Virus record (IMG/VR): IMGVR_UViG_3300035138_000032
Location: 13,389 to 77,388 of that record
Length of the DNA: 64,000 nt
Strand: one strand, 5' to 3'
Origin: a virus
Made by a program: the position numbers and the translations under genes. The notes beneath the pieces are model-generated. The model saw only the letters and a list, made by a program, of their open reading frames with translations, made no database searches and had not been told where the DNA came from. This document shows, piece by piece, positions 9,155-18,118 of this stretch (position 1 is its first letter; each line of letters opens with the position of its first letter).

Positions 9155-9253
9155 AATGCACAGAAAACTTTCCCAAAATGCACAGAAATTTCTGTACCTG
9201 GCAGGACATTTAGGAATAATAGAAGTTACGAATAATAGAAGTTTGAATAAAAC
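9147..9253. repeat. iteron-like direct repeats plus AT-rich repeats (candidate origin)
   Basis: TTTCCYAAAATGCACAGAAA at 9147 and 9169 (22-bp period); GAATAATAGAAGTT at 9214 and 9230. Confidence 0.6.
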
Positions 9254-9333
9254 TACTATGCAGTCGGTTTTTCTAAAACCTCCTGCAGTGAATTTTTTTT
9301 TAAAACAATAACCTGATTCAGAAAGGTACTTTT

Positions 9334-9525
9334 ATGTTCGAATTAAATTTCGTAAATTTTATATCAGAAACTGCATCAGATAAATTTTATTCAGTTGTCT
9401 TCGACAACAAACTATTTTATGCCTCGGTCGAAAAGATCACAGGGTTGATTAAGTTTAATTCTTATGCAGATTACGCCGATCAGCTGCGAATAGAAAAGAT
9501 TTTAACAGATTACTTGACAAATTGA
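9334..9525 (+). CDS. hypothetical protein
   Basis: ORF with AAAGGT RBS. Confidence 0.5.
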   Translation: MFELNFVNFISETASDKFYSVVFDNKLFYASVEKITGLIKFNSYADYADQLRIEKILTDYLTN

Positions 9526-9543
9526 TAATGTGTATTATATTAT
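9514..9543 (+). promoter_or_regulatory. sigma70-type promoter
   Basis: TTGACAAAT-N11-ATTATATTAT, matches 1982-2011. Confidence 0.65.
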
Positions 9544-9648
9544 TTTTGAAAGGAATGAACAACTTTAGCCGCAATCCCCGAACGATGCTCGGGGCTATGC
9601 TCTTGACAGATAGAATTTAGTTTTTATTATTGATTTTGGAGAAACCTT

Positions 9649-9918
9649 ATGATAGTTAGAGAATTAAAACTTAAACCCAACGAAAGTCAAACTGCCAACA
9701 ACCAAAGGAAAGGTAGAAGGAAAATAGTGGTGGATGGTGGACTATATTATTATTTCATAAAAGGCTCACCAGACCACTGGTATGACTATGATGTGGGTAA
9801 CATAACTATATACTCAGCAGAGTCAGGGAGGTACTATGCTGAGCATTTTGAAAAATTGTCTATTACCCCAAAATATGTTGAAAACATTATTAGAGAACAA
9901 TTTTTAAGGGAGAATTAA
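9649..9918 (+). CDS. hypothetical protein; N-terminus resembles a TnpB start
   Basis: MIVRELKLKPNESQ...; GGAG RBS. Confidence 0.55.
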   Translation: MIVRELKLKPNESQTANNQRKGRRKIVVDGGLYYYFIKGSPDHWYDYDVGNITIYSAESGRYYAEHFEKLSITPKYVENIIREQFLREN

Positions 9919-9919
9919 A

Positions 9920-10504
9920 ATGTCAGTTCCGTACGTTATTGAAAAAGGCACGAATGGTCATGAAAAGATCTACGACCTGTATTCCAGACTACTCAAAGAC
10001 AGAATTGTTTTTATACGCGGTCTGATAGGTGAGGGTTTTGCTGATTCTATTGTCGCCCAACTTTTATTTCTTGAATCGGCCTCAGCAGAGAAGGACATCT
10101 ATATGTATATTAATAGCCCAGGCGGTAGTGTTAATGAAATGATGGGTGTGTTTGATGCTATGCAGTATATAAAACCTGATATAGTCACGCTGGGTTATGG
10201 TAAGTGTATGAGTGCTGGCTCTTTTTTGTTGGCAGCAGGTACTAAGGGAAAGAGGTACGCTCTTCCAAACACAAATATTATGATACATGAGTTATCTAGT
10301 GGTATCAAAGGTAAGTATAGTGAGTTAAAGAATTACCACAAACATCTGGAGGGATTGCATGCTAAAATGGCCAACTATTATGTGGAATTTACCGGCCAGA
10401 AATTGAGTAAGATAAAGAAAGATATGGAATATGATAATTTCATGACTGCGGAAGAGGCCAAGGAATACGGTCTCATAGATGAAGTTCAGTATAGCAGGAA
10501 ATAA
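9920..10504 (+). CDS. clpP: ATP-dependent Clp protease proteolytic subunit
   Basis: YDLYSRLLKDRIVF, INSPGG, CMSAGS (Ser), MIHE (His), DNFM (Asp), EAKEYGLID. Confidence 0.95.
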   Translation: MSVPYVIEKGTNGHEKIYDLYSRLLKDRIVFIRGLIGEGFADSIVAQLLFLESASAEKDIYMYINSPGGSVNEMMGVFDAMQYIKPDIVTLGYGKCMSAGSFLLAAGTKGKRYALPNTNIMIHELSSGIKGKYSELKNYHKHLEGLHAKMANYYVEFTGQKLSKIKKDMEYDNFMTAEEAKEYGLIDEVQYSRK

Positions 10505-10506
10505 TT

Positions 10507-11223
10507 ATGATTTATAGAAAACAACATGTTAAATCTGATGGTCGTCGTTTAAATAGAAGTGGCCCACGTGATATGCAGGCCCGTACCTCATCAGGTTCTG
10601 ATTCAGAGGTAATAGAGATGTTGACGAATGAGTTAACGAGTCTTAAAGCTGAGCTTATTAATCTTAAAAGAGCCTCTTCAACCAGTGAAGCCCCTAATAA
10701 GAATTTCTATTCACCTGAGCAGGTGGATGAGGAGATAAGAAAGGCTGTAAGTTCTGCAATAGCTGATGTGTCTAAAGGCGACAAAGATATGGCCATTAGG
10801 ATAAGTGAATATAAATCTAATCTATCAGAAATGAGGGCCGCTAATGATAATATTAACAGACTTTACAGCGCCGTGTTAAAGGAAAACAGTCAATTAAAAG
10901 AGAAGTTATCTAAATTAGAGGCTGATGTCGGTGAGTTGGTTGAGTTAAGGCAGCAAGTATCAGTGTTAAAGCAGGACTTAATAGGTAAACAAGAGGTTAT
11001 AGATGTTTTGAAGGCCAAACCTGCGGTTATAGATAGTTACAACAACACCTCCGTTGAGGATTCCCAAAGACCACAGATGGAGCAGGTATTTGTTGACCCG
11101 TTAGATGATACCTCTGGAGACGGGCTTAAACCATCAATAAGTGTTGAAACAATCCTTAAAGAGGACACGGTGGATGACAAAGTGGATAAATTAAGGGATT
11201 TGTTAGGGAAGTCTTTACGATAA
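10507..11223 (+). CDS. coiled-coil protein (possible actin or ClpP partner)
   Basis: Long heptad-rich helices; lies between clpP and the actin-like gene. Confidence 0.7.
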   Translation: MIYRKQHVKSDGRRLNRSGPRDMQARTSSGSDSEVIEMLTNELTSLKAELINLKRASSTSEAPNKNFYSPEQVDEEIRKAVSSAIADVSKGDKDMAIRISEYKSNLSEMRAANDNINRLYSAVLKENSQLKEKLSKLEADVGELVELRQQVSVLKQDLIGKQEVIDVLKAKPAVIDSYNNTSVEDSQRPQMEQVFVDPLDDTSGDGLKPSISVETILKEDTVDDKVDKLRDLLGKSLR

Positions 11224-11245
11224 TATATTTAAGGAGATAATAATT

Positions 11246-12247
11246 ATGGATGTTAATGGAATTGGTGTTGATGTTGGTACTAACATGTTAGTTTCGGCAA
11301 GAGTCAACACTGAGGGTAAACCGATGTTTAAGATGGCTCGCGATGCTTTCTATCGTATTGTTCCAAAGAGCGATGTTAATCGTAATAGTATTAGGAAAGC
11401 CATAGAAAAGCGAGGGTTTAATTTTATAGAAGATTCAGACGGATCGTTCGTAGTAGTAGGCGAAGAAGCACTTGAAACAGCTATTGAAAGAAATGATGTG
11501 GCTAAAAGGCCGTTAAGGAGGGGAGTTATATCACCTAAGGAAAAAGACTCATTACCTATGTTAAAACTATTGCTTGAGAGTTTGATAGGTAAGGGCGACG
11601 GCGAAACAAAATTGGTCTATTCAGTGCCAGCAAAACCAATAGACGGTGATTTTGATATTGTGTACCATACTGAAATGATGGGTACTTATTTAAGAGGGAT
11701 GGGTTATTCTGCTCAGCCGATAAACGAGGCATTTGCTATAGCTCTTAGTGAGTTGTTAGACGAGGGTTTAACAGGTATATGTTTGAGCTTCGGCGCCGGT
11801 ATGGTTAATACTTCAGTAATCCACCAGGGAGATCCTCTCGTTGAGTTTAGTACGACTAAGGCTGGTGATTTTATTGATATGTCAGTAGGTAATGCTCTTG
11901 ACATATCACCTAGTATAGTGCAGTTAGAAAAAGAATCTGGTGTGGATTTAGATAAGCACACGTCTAAAATAATGGAAGCTGTGTCTGTTTACTATAATAG
12001 TGTCATAGAGTATACTATAAGAAATATAGCGTATGAACTTAAACAGCGCGAGAAATCCCTTCCTATCTTTAGGGAGGAGGTTTCTTTGGTTGTATCTGGC
12101 GGTCTCACATTGGCTAAGGGATTTAATAACAGAATTAGGACAATTCTTAATAAAGTCGATTTCCCCATCAAAATAGGTGATGTAAGAAAGGCTGTCGATC
12201 CTATGACAGCCGTTGCTAATGGTGCACTTTTAGCGGCCAGATTATAG
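11246..12247 (+). CDS. actin-like ATPase (MreB/ParM/Alp superfamily)
   Basis: Phosphate-1 GVDVGT, connect-1 INEAFA, phosphate-2 SFGAGMVN, adenosine VSGGLT, connect-2 AVANGA. Confidence 0.85.
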   Translation: MDVNGIGVDVGTNMLVSARVNTEGKPMFKMARDAFYRIVPKSDVNRNSIRKAIEKRGFNFIEDSDGSFVVVGEEALETAIERNDVAKRPLRRGVISPKEKDSLPMLKLLLESLIGKGDGETKLVYSVPAKPIDGDFDIVYHTEMMGTYLRGMGYSAQPINEAFAIALSELLDEGLTGICLSFGAGMVNTSVIHQGDPLVEFSTTKAGDFIDMSVGNALDISPSIVQLEKESGVDLDKHTSKIMEAVSVYYNSVIEYTIRNIAYELKQREKSLPIFREEVSLVVSGGLTLAKGFNNRIRTILNKVDFPIKIGDVRKAVDPMTAVANGALLAARL

Positions 12248-12256
12248 TAAATAATG

Positions 12257-12276
12257 TAACCTCTTGTTTAATTAGA
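12257..12276 (+). promoter_or_regulatory. putative late promoter variant (TAACC-N11-TAGA) upstream of endolysin
   Basis: TAACC TCTTGTTTAAT TAGA. Confidence 0.45.
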
Positions 12277-12309
12277 GTAAAGTAAATCATAAGAGGGGAT
12301 GGTATTGTA

Positions 12310-12957
12310 ATGTTTAATAGAGAGACATTTTATACTCATATACGACCTATGTTCGGTGGTAAGCTTAAACAAAAGCAGGTCGATGGTTTTAATGCTATAT
12401 TAGATTATTGGGAAAACGATGTAGAACGGTTGTCGGATTATGAGGACTCCTATGTTGTAGAGTTCCAGTGGTTGGCCTATATCTTAGCCACAGTACATCA
12501 TGAGACGGCTAAAACCATACAACCAATAAAGGAGTATGGTAATAACGATTATTTTCATAGAATGTATGACATAGATGGCGAACGACCTCATGTAGCAACT
12601 AGACTAGGTAATGTAGAGCCTGGTGATGGGGTCAAGTACGCTGGCCGTGGTTTTGTACAACTTACCGGTCGTCGTAATTACGCATTCTGGTCAGATGCCC
12701 TGGGTATTGATTTGATCGGTAATCCTGACATGGCTATGGATTTAGTAGTTGCTAGAGAAATTCTTATTATAGGTATGATAGATGGTACCTTCACTGGTCG
12801 AAAATTATCTACGTATTTTGGTGATGATAAAACTGATTGGCGCAATGCGAGAAAAATAATAAACGGTCTTGATAAAGCAGATCTGATAGCCGGCTATGGT
12901 GAGGGTTATTTTGATGTTTTAGTGCGCGCGGATAACAGGTTTGACTTAATAATATAA
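12310..12957 (+). CDS. endolysin, glycoside hydrolase family 19
   Basis: AYILATVHHET, GDGVKYAGRGFVQLTGRRNY, ARKIING. Confidence 0.9.
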   Translation: MFNRETFYTHIRPMFGGKLKQKQVDGFNAILDYWENDVERLSDYEDSYVVEFQWLAYILATVHHETAKTIQPIKEYGNNDYFHRMYDIDGERPHVATRLGNVEPGDGVKYAGRGFVQLTGRRNYAFWSDALGIDLIGNPDMAMDLVVAREILIIGMIDGTFTGRKLSTYFGDDKTDWRNARKIINGLDKADLIAGYGEGYFDVLVRADNRFDLII

Positions 12958-14552
12958 TGTTTAAAAAGCTAACATATGATTTTGTAAAAAGAAGTTTTGA
13001 GGAAAACGGATATAAATTACTTTCTAAAGAGTATATTAATTCTTCTTCCAAGTTAGAATATGAATGTCCTAATGGACATAGACGTGGCATTACTTGGAAT
13101 AAATGGAACGCCGGTAGACGGTGTCCTTATTGTTCCGAAAACAGTAGAGTATATGGTAGGGATATAGAATATATAAGAAGAGTTTTTGCCAAAGAGGGGT
13201 ACACTCTTTTAAGCACTGAATATATATCTTGCGATACAAAACTTGAATATATTTGTCCTAATGGTCATATATACACAACGTCGTGGGATTCGTGGACTTC
13301 TAAGGGTAATAGGTGCGCTTTGTGCTCTAAAAATATCAAACCAACTATAGAGGAAGTAAAAGAGGCTTTCAAAACTAATGGGTATGTCTTATTAGAGGAT
13401 AGTTATAAAAACGCTAATACAAAGATGAGATATAAGTGTCCTAAAGGACATGAGGGTTATATTACGTGGGGTTATTGGAATAATAACTCTACTGAAAGAT
13501 GCCCTATATGTTCTGGTAAATGTATACATAGTATAGAGTATATAAAGTCAGAGTTTGAGAAAGAGGGTTATAAGCTTTTAATTAAGGAATACAAAAACGG
13601 CAAGCAAAAATTAAAATATATTTGTCCAGATGGTCATAAACATTCAATAACTTGGAATAGGTGGCAGCAAGGCCAGAGGTGCTATAAGTGTTCTTTTAGT
13701 GGTACCTCTAATGGTGAACAAAGTCTATTAAATTATCTGAGAGCTAATTTGGAATACGATATTATTGAAAGGGATAGAACCCTAATTTCTCCACAGGAAT
13801 TAGATATTGTAATCCCGGAAAAAAAATTAGCCATAGAATACTGTGGCCTCTATTGGCACTCCGAACTAGCTGGAAAAGACAAAAATTATCATCTTAATAA
13901 ATTAAAAGCCTGCGAAGAAAAAGGATATAGGTTATTAACTATTTTTGAGGATGAATTTATTAATAAAAAGGATATTGTTAATAGTACTTTAAATAGTATT
14001 ATTGGTTTTGGAGATTGTGAGGTTATTTACGCCCGTGATTGTGAGATAAAGGAAGTTAGCCCGGGTGTAATAAAAGAATTTTGTGAAAAAAATCATTTAC
14101 AAGGTTATGATAATGTATCGTCTGCTAGATTAGGTGCTTTTTATTGCAATAAACTTGTTGGTGTTATGTCTTTTAGTAAATTACCAATGGCTAATGAACA
14201 AGAGAATGTTTGGGAATTACATAGATTTTGTTCAAAATTAAATTATGAAATTATTGGAATTGAGTCTAAGTTATTAAATTACTTTGAAAATAATTGTAGT
14301 TGGAAATCGATTTTTTCATATTCAGATCTCAGGTGGTGTGATGGTGGTTTATACGAGATAATGGGGTTCACTTGTATAGGTAATACCAAACCAGATTATT
14401 GGTATTTTAAGAAGTTAAACAGAAAACATAGGTCTAGTATGGAGAAGTTAAAAAACGAACCGGCCGCTGAGCGGCAAATTCGTAAATCCCAAGGTCGTAA
14501 TATAATTTGGGATTGCGGAAATAAAAAATTTATCAAGGAGAATTGTAAATAG
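12957..14552 (+). CDS. Hef-like endonuclease: Zn-ribbon repeats + PD-(D/E)xK + Mom-like GNAT domain (paralog 1)
   Basis: Four GY.LL..EY...KL.Y.CP.GH...W...RC..C repeats; ELDIVIPEKKLAIEYCGLYWHS; WELHRFCS...SYSDLRW; IWDCG. Confidence 0.75.
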   Translation: MFKKLTYDFVKRSFEENGYKLLSKEYINSSSKLEYECPNGHRRGITWNKWNAGRRCPYCSENSRVYGRDIEYIRRVFAKEGYTLLSTEYISCDTKLEYICPNGHIYTTSWDSWTSKGNRCALCSKNIKPTIEEVKEAFKTNGYVLLEDSYKNANTKMRYKCPKGHEGYITWGYWNNNSTERCPICSGKCIHSIEYIKSEFEKEGYKLLIKEYKNGKQKLKYICPDGHKHSITWNRWQQGQRCYKCSFSGTSNGEQSLLNYLRANLEYDIIERDRTLISPQELDIVIPEKKLAIEYCGLYWHSELAGKDKNYHLNKLKACEEKGYRLLTIFEDEFINKKDIVNSTLNSIIGFGDCEVIYARDCEIKEVSPGVIKEFCEKNHLQGYDNVSSARLGAFYCNKLVGVMSFSKLPMANEQENVWELHRFCSKLNYEIIGIESKLLNYFENNCSWKSIFSYSDLRWCDGGLYEIMGFTCIGNTKPDYWYFKKLNRKHRSSMEKLKNEPAAERQIRKSQGRNIIWDCGNKKFIKENCK

Positions 14553-14553
14553 T

Positions 14554-14769
14554 ATGGAACGTTATATTGGTAGTGTTAGATGGTTTAGTAATCCTAGAGG
14601 TTATGGGTTTGTGCAGATAGATGGTGATCCGAAAGCTAAGGATTATTTTGTGCATTATAGTCACGTAGATATGGAGGGTTACAAGACCCTCACAGAAGGA
14701 CAAAAGGTGTCTTTTACGTTGGTTGAGTCTGAACGCGGTATTCAGGCTCGTGAAGTTAGGCCGGAGTAG
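14554..14769 (+). CDS. cspA: cold-shock protein
   Basis: GSVRWF..RGYGFV (RNP1), DYFVHYS (RNP2), GYKTLTEGQKVSF. Confidence 0.9.
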   Translation: MERYIGSVRWFSNPRGYGFVQIDGDPKAKDYFVHYSHVDMEGYKTLTEGQKVSFTLVESERGIQAREVRPE

Positions 14770-14771
14770 GT

Positions 14772-15185
14772 GTGAGTATGGTATTGGCTGAGGTCTTAGT
14801 AGAAATGGGCAGTTTAAAAAAGAAAATAAACCAATTGAGTACATGTTTGGATGATATGATAGGATCCAATCAGGAGTTAGAGGACGCTGTTATAACTATG
14901 TTGTTATCATTACTTGATAAATATAGAAGCCATCTTATATTGGTTAATAAGGTTAATAATGATGTCACAGTCTCCATTGGTGGTTCGGAAGTAAGTCTGG
15001 CTAATGCTGTGATTATTGCTAATACCATAAAGAAAAAAATAAATGTTTTGGACTCTCTTATAGAGAATAAAGATGTGTTGTTTGATGTGTTCAGTTTAAT
15101 TTCGAATAGAGATAAGTTGTTGGAGGAATACACCACTATTAAAAACAACCTACGTATGATTGAGTGGAGAACGGAAATTGATTAA
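14772..15185 (+). CDS. helical hypothetical protein
   Basis: MxLAE.L...LKKKI... pattern ending in W. Confidence 0.65.
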   Translation: MSMVLAEVLVEMGSLKKKINQLSTCLDDMIGSNQELEDAVITMLLSLLDKYRSHLILVNKVNNDVTVSIGGSEVSLANAVIIANTIKKKINVLDSLIENKDVLFDVFSLISNRDKLLEEYTTIKNNLRMIEWRTEID

Positions 15186-15420
15186 GCGGGCGTGGGCAAA
15201 ATTCAATGGTTTGGATATAGAATGTGTATGTAATGAGGATAATAGGAAGTGTGATTCGCATGATTGTAAAGAGTATGTAATTAAATTTATCGAAGTTGAC
15301 AGAAAAAGCGATATAGATGATGCAGTGATGCATCTAAAAAACGAATCTACACATCTTAGACAACAGATAAAGAAATTTCAAAGTAAAATAAGTAGTGATA
15401 TTAAAAAATTCAAAATTTAA
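15160..15420 (+). CDS. hypothetical protein
   Basis: ORF with a Cys cluster. Confidence 0.5.
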   Translation: MSGERKLIKRAWAKFNGLDIECVCNEDNRKCDSHDCKEYVIKFIEVDRKSDIDDAVMHLKNESTHLRQQIKKFQSKISSDIKKFKI

Positions 15421-15436
15421 TTGATAAGGATACTAC

Positions 15437-15574
15437 ATGGCAAAGAAAGAAGACGATGTATTAAAAAGACGTGATGAAATAATAAAGAGAAATAAAAAAG
15501 AGCACGATAAATTTATTAATAATGCTTACAGAAAAACTTACAAAAAAATTTTGAAGATAATGAGTAGTAACTGA
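15437..15574 (+). CDS. 45-aa basic peptide (not in ORF track)
   Basis: MAKKEDDVLKRRDEII...; AAGGA RBS. Confidence 0.5.
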   Translation: MAKKEDDVLKRRDEIIKRNKKEHDKFINNAYRKTYKKILKIMSSN

Positions 15575-15593
15575 CGGAAAAGGGGAATTTAAA

Positions 15594-16181
15594 ATGGCTT
15601 TATTTGCGATTTCGGGCAAGGCCCGCTCTGGAAAAGATGCGTTTGCTGAAATGCTTGCGGAAGAACTTAATAAATTAGCTTATCCGCCATATGTTTTAAT
15701 GGCGTTTGCTACTGAGCTTAAGCGTAGATGCCAGGATGCTTTTGGACTATCGTGGGAACAGTTGTGGGGTAATGAAAAAGAAACTCCAGACAAAAGATAT
15801 CCGTTATCTTCTAGTGATGGTTATTGGTGCGGTAGAACTATAATGCAGGAATTTGGGGAGTGGTATAGAACAGTTGATAATGAGTATTGGACCAGGATTT
15901 TATTCGATGTGATAAAAGAAAAGGATTACAAAAATGTTATAATAACCGATTTACGATATAAATCCGAGGCTTCGTATATTACCAGACATGGTGGACTTCT
16001 AATTAGGATAAATCGTGATGGTAGAGATGTTATTACTAATTCTACACACGCTTCAGAAACAGGACTGGATGATTATAAATTTGATGTAGAGGTCTCTAAT
16101 GATGGAACTTTAGAAGATCTACGGCGCTCAGCCAAAGATGTTTTGGATATACTTTCCAATACACTTATTAAATATAAATAA
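15594..16181 (+). CDS. deoxynucleoside monophosphate kinase
   Basis: ISGKARSGKD P-loop, FATELK, RTIMQEFG, IITDLRY..E, HASE..LD. Confidence 0.9.
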   Translation: MALFAISGKARSGKDAFAEMLAEELNKLAYPPYVLMAFATELKRRCQDAFGLSWEQLWGNEKETPDKRYPLSSSDGYWCGRTIMQEFGEWYRTVDNEYWTRILFDVIKEKDYKNVIITDLRYKSEASYITRHGGLLIRINRDGRDVITNSTHASETGLDDYKFDVEVSNDGTLEDLRRSAKDVLDILSNTLIKYK

Positions 16182-16191
16182 GGAGATTAAA

Positions 16192-16455
16192 ATGGCAGCT
16201 AAAAAAATGAATTTTTCAATAGACCCGGATAGTGTAGTATTTTCCACTATTAGTAAGAGTAAGGATGGTTATAATTATGCCAGGGTAGTTTGTAAGATGG
16301 GTGATAATGCCTATATGAGCGTTAACTATGAGTGGGAAGGAAAAGACATCCCTGATTTTGCTATGAATCTTATGGGTTTTATGCAGGCTAATAAACTGGA
16401 AAATAGTGATAAAGAAGTAGCTATGGTTGACCTCATAAAGGCTAATAAGGATTAG
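16192..16455 (+). CDS. hypothetical protein
   Basis: AAGGAG RBS before MAAKK. Confidence 0.65.
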   Translation: MAAKKMNFSIDPDSVVFSTISKSKDGYNYARVVCKMGDNAYMSVNYEWEGKDIPDFAMNLMGFMQANKLENSDKEVAMVDLIKANKD

Positions 16456-16504
16456 GTTATTAAGTTTCAAAAGAATAAACTTGTAAAGGGGGGGGGGTTA
16501 GTTT

Positions 16505-16762
16505 ATGCCTATAGATATATCAGAATATGCATCTCCGCGCTGGGTCAAAATGCGTGAGCGATACCCTTGGGTTACAGATAGAAACTATAACTATAAAAAT
16601 TTGACTATAACTCCGGGCTCTATTGCTGCAAGACATAATTGTGATGCAGTCAGAGGGGATGGTTGGAAAGCCCCGGGCTATAACCCAAATCATAACTCAA
16701 TAAGGACTGAGCCTCTGAGGACTGGTGTTGATACAACTAGTCAACAGTTCAAACCTTATTGA
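16505..16762 (+). CDS. hypothetical protein
   Basis: ORF preceded by a G10 tract at the RBS position. Confidence 0.6.
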   Translation: MPIDISEYASPRWVKMRERYPWVTDRNYNYKNLTITPGSIAARHNCDAVRGDGWKAPGYNPNHNSIRTEPLRTGVDTTSQQFKPY

Positions 16763-16779
16763 TATAAAAGGAATTTTTA

Positions 16780-17349
16780 ATGGTTGACGATAAATTTAGG
16801 GATGAGGTCTTTGCTGACCAGTTGGAGCTTATTTTCAGCGTTGTGATAAGAGAGTTCACTCGTCTTTGTTTACATGCTGCACCGGAATATTTTTTTATTG
16901 ACTGCCCGGCATCTTCATCTGGCAAGTTTCATCCTATAGACGAGCTAGGTCCTGATGGCACTATATTACATACAAAGAAGGTGTTTACAGTAGCATATCA
17001 GATGTGTCGTAGTCTTGAATGTGAAAGTAGTAGGGATGAGATACTGTCGGCGTGTATTATACATGATCTCAGGAAGCAGGGTATAGATAAGACTGGTCAT
17101 ACTATGAGAAATCATCCAGCTCTGGCCGCTGATTTGGTTAGTGAGGTACAAGAGGCTACACAGATGCTATGTGAAAAATCATATAATATTATAAGAAACG
17201 CCTGTGGATATCATTACGGTCCGTGGAGCGTAAGGCCCTGGAAAAAGGATTTAAGAACTTATACTCCTGAGGAACTTACTGTCTATCTATCTGATTATAT
17301 AGCCAGTAAGCGCGAAATTCATGTGGATTGTAGACGAAAGTTTTATTAA
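16780..17349 (+). CDS. HD-domain phosphohydrolase
   Basis: PASSSGKFH...HTK...IIHDLRK...H...HYG.W...D. Confidence 0.8.
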   Translation: MVDDKFRDEVFADQLELIFSVVIREFTRLCLHAAPEYFFIDCPASSSGKFHPIDELGPDGTILHTKKVFTVAYQMCRSLECESSRDEILSACIIHDLRKQGIDKTGHTMRNHPALAADLVSEVQEATQMLCEKSYNIIRNACGYHYGPWSVRPWKKDLRTYTPEELTVYLSDYIASKREIHVDCRRKFY

Positions 17350-17363
17350 GGTGTTACGTAGTA

Positions 17364-17750
17364 TTTAGTAGATAGTAGATAGTATATAAATCGAGGAGGA
17401 AGTAGACATGATATTGAAGATAAGAAGATATGATAATAACCAGAAATGGTGGATTTTAGATGACATAAGAAAAATAAGTATATCAGAGCCTATAATTACT
17501 GGTAAGTATCCAATTATAGAGGAAAATCCTGATATACTGATATTTGACACAAAGTCAATGTGTGATTGTGACGGTATAGAAAATCAATGTTCTGATTGCA
17601 AACGTCACATTATATTGATTTGTAGATTAAGTAACGGAGAAGAATTTTCTGTTATATTCGATACTATTGCTTTTTTATTGAATGATAATGGAAAAACCGT
17701 AGAAAAAATAGTAGCCAATTATTAATCTAATTAATCTACTATCTACTAAA
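17364..17750. repeat. perfect 17-bp inverted repeat flanking ORF 17408-17725
   Basis: TTTAGTAGATAGTAGAT (17364-17380) and ATCTACTATCTACTAAA (17734-17750). Confidence 0.9.
17408..17725 (+). CDS. hypothetical protein
   Basis: GAGGAGG RBS; ends AFLLNDNGKTVEKI. Confidence 0.7.
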   Translation: MILKIRRYDNNQKWWILDDIRKISISEPIITGKYPIIEENPDILIFDTKSMCDCDGIENQCSDCKRHIILICRLSNGEEFSVIFDTIAFLLNDNGKTVEKIVANY

Positions 17751-17787
17751 ACAAAGGAAGAGGTAAAGAAAAAAAGAAGTTTGAGGA

Positions 17788-18117
17788 TTGTATATGATGA
17801 ATAATGAATTTATAAAAGATATAACCAAAGGCGTGAAACAAACCTCTTTGAATCAAGAACTACCACCGGGCTCGCCAAGACGTTATGAGCCAGCCGTCGG
17901 TATTGGTAAACACAACGAAATGATACACAGAGAGAGTAAGAGGTCGGATTCTAAGAACCTACCATTTAGTTTTAGGAAACCCCCTAAAGCTAGGGGTCGC
18001 CAAACTTATGTATGTTGTGATAGTTGCGGATATATAATTTCAGCTACTACGGTTACAGTAGGGATGGTTTGTCCCGAATGTAAAAAATTCTCGAGTGTCA
18101 CAGAAGTGGAGGAATAG
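17788..18117 (+). CDS. Zn-ribbon protein
   Basis: CDSC...CPEC. Confidence 0.65.
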   Translation: MYMMNNEFIKDITKGVKQTSLNQELPPGSPRRYEPAVGIGKHNEMIHRESKRSDSKNLPFSFRKPPKARGRQTYVCCDSCGYIISATTVTVGMVCPECKKFSSVTEVEE

Positions 18118-18118
18118 A

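Noticed and set aside
9920-10504. ClpP as the prohead protease
   Set aside because: It has host-like ClpP motifs, lies far from the head module, and a separate protease sits between portal and scaffold.
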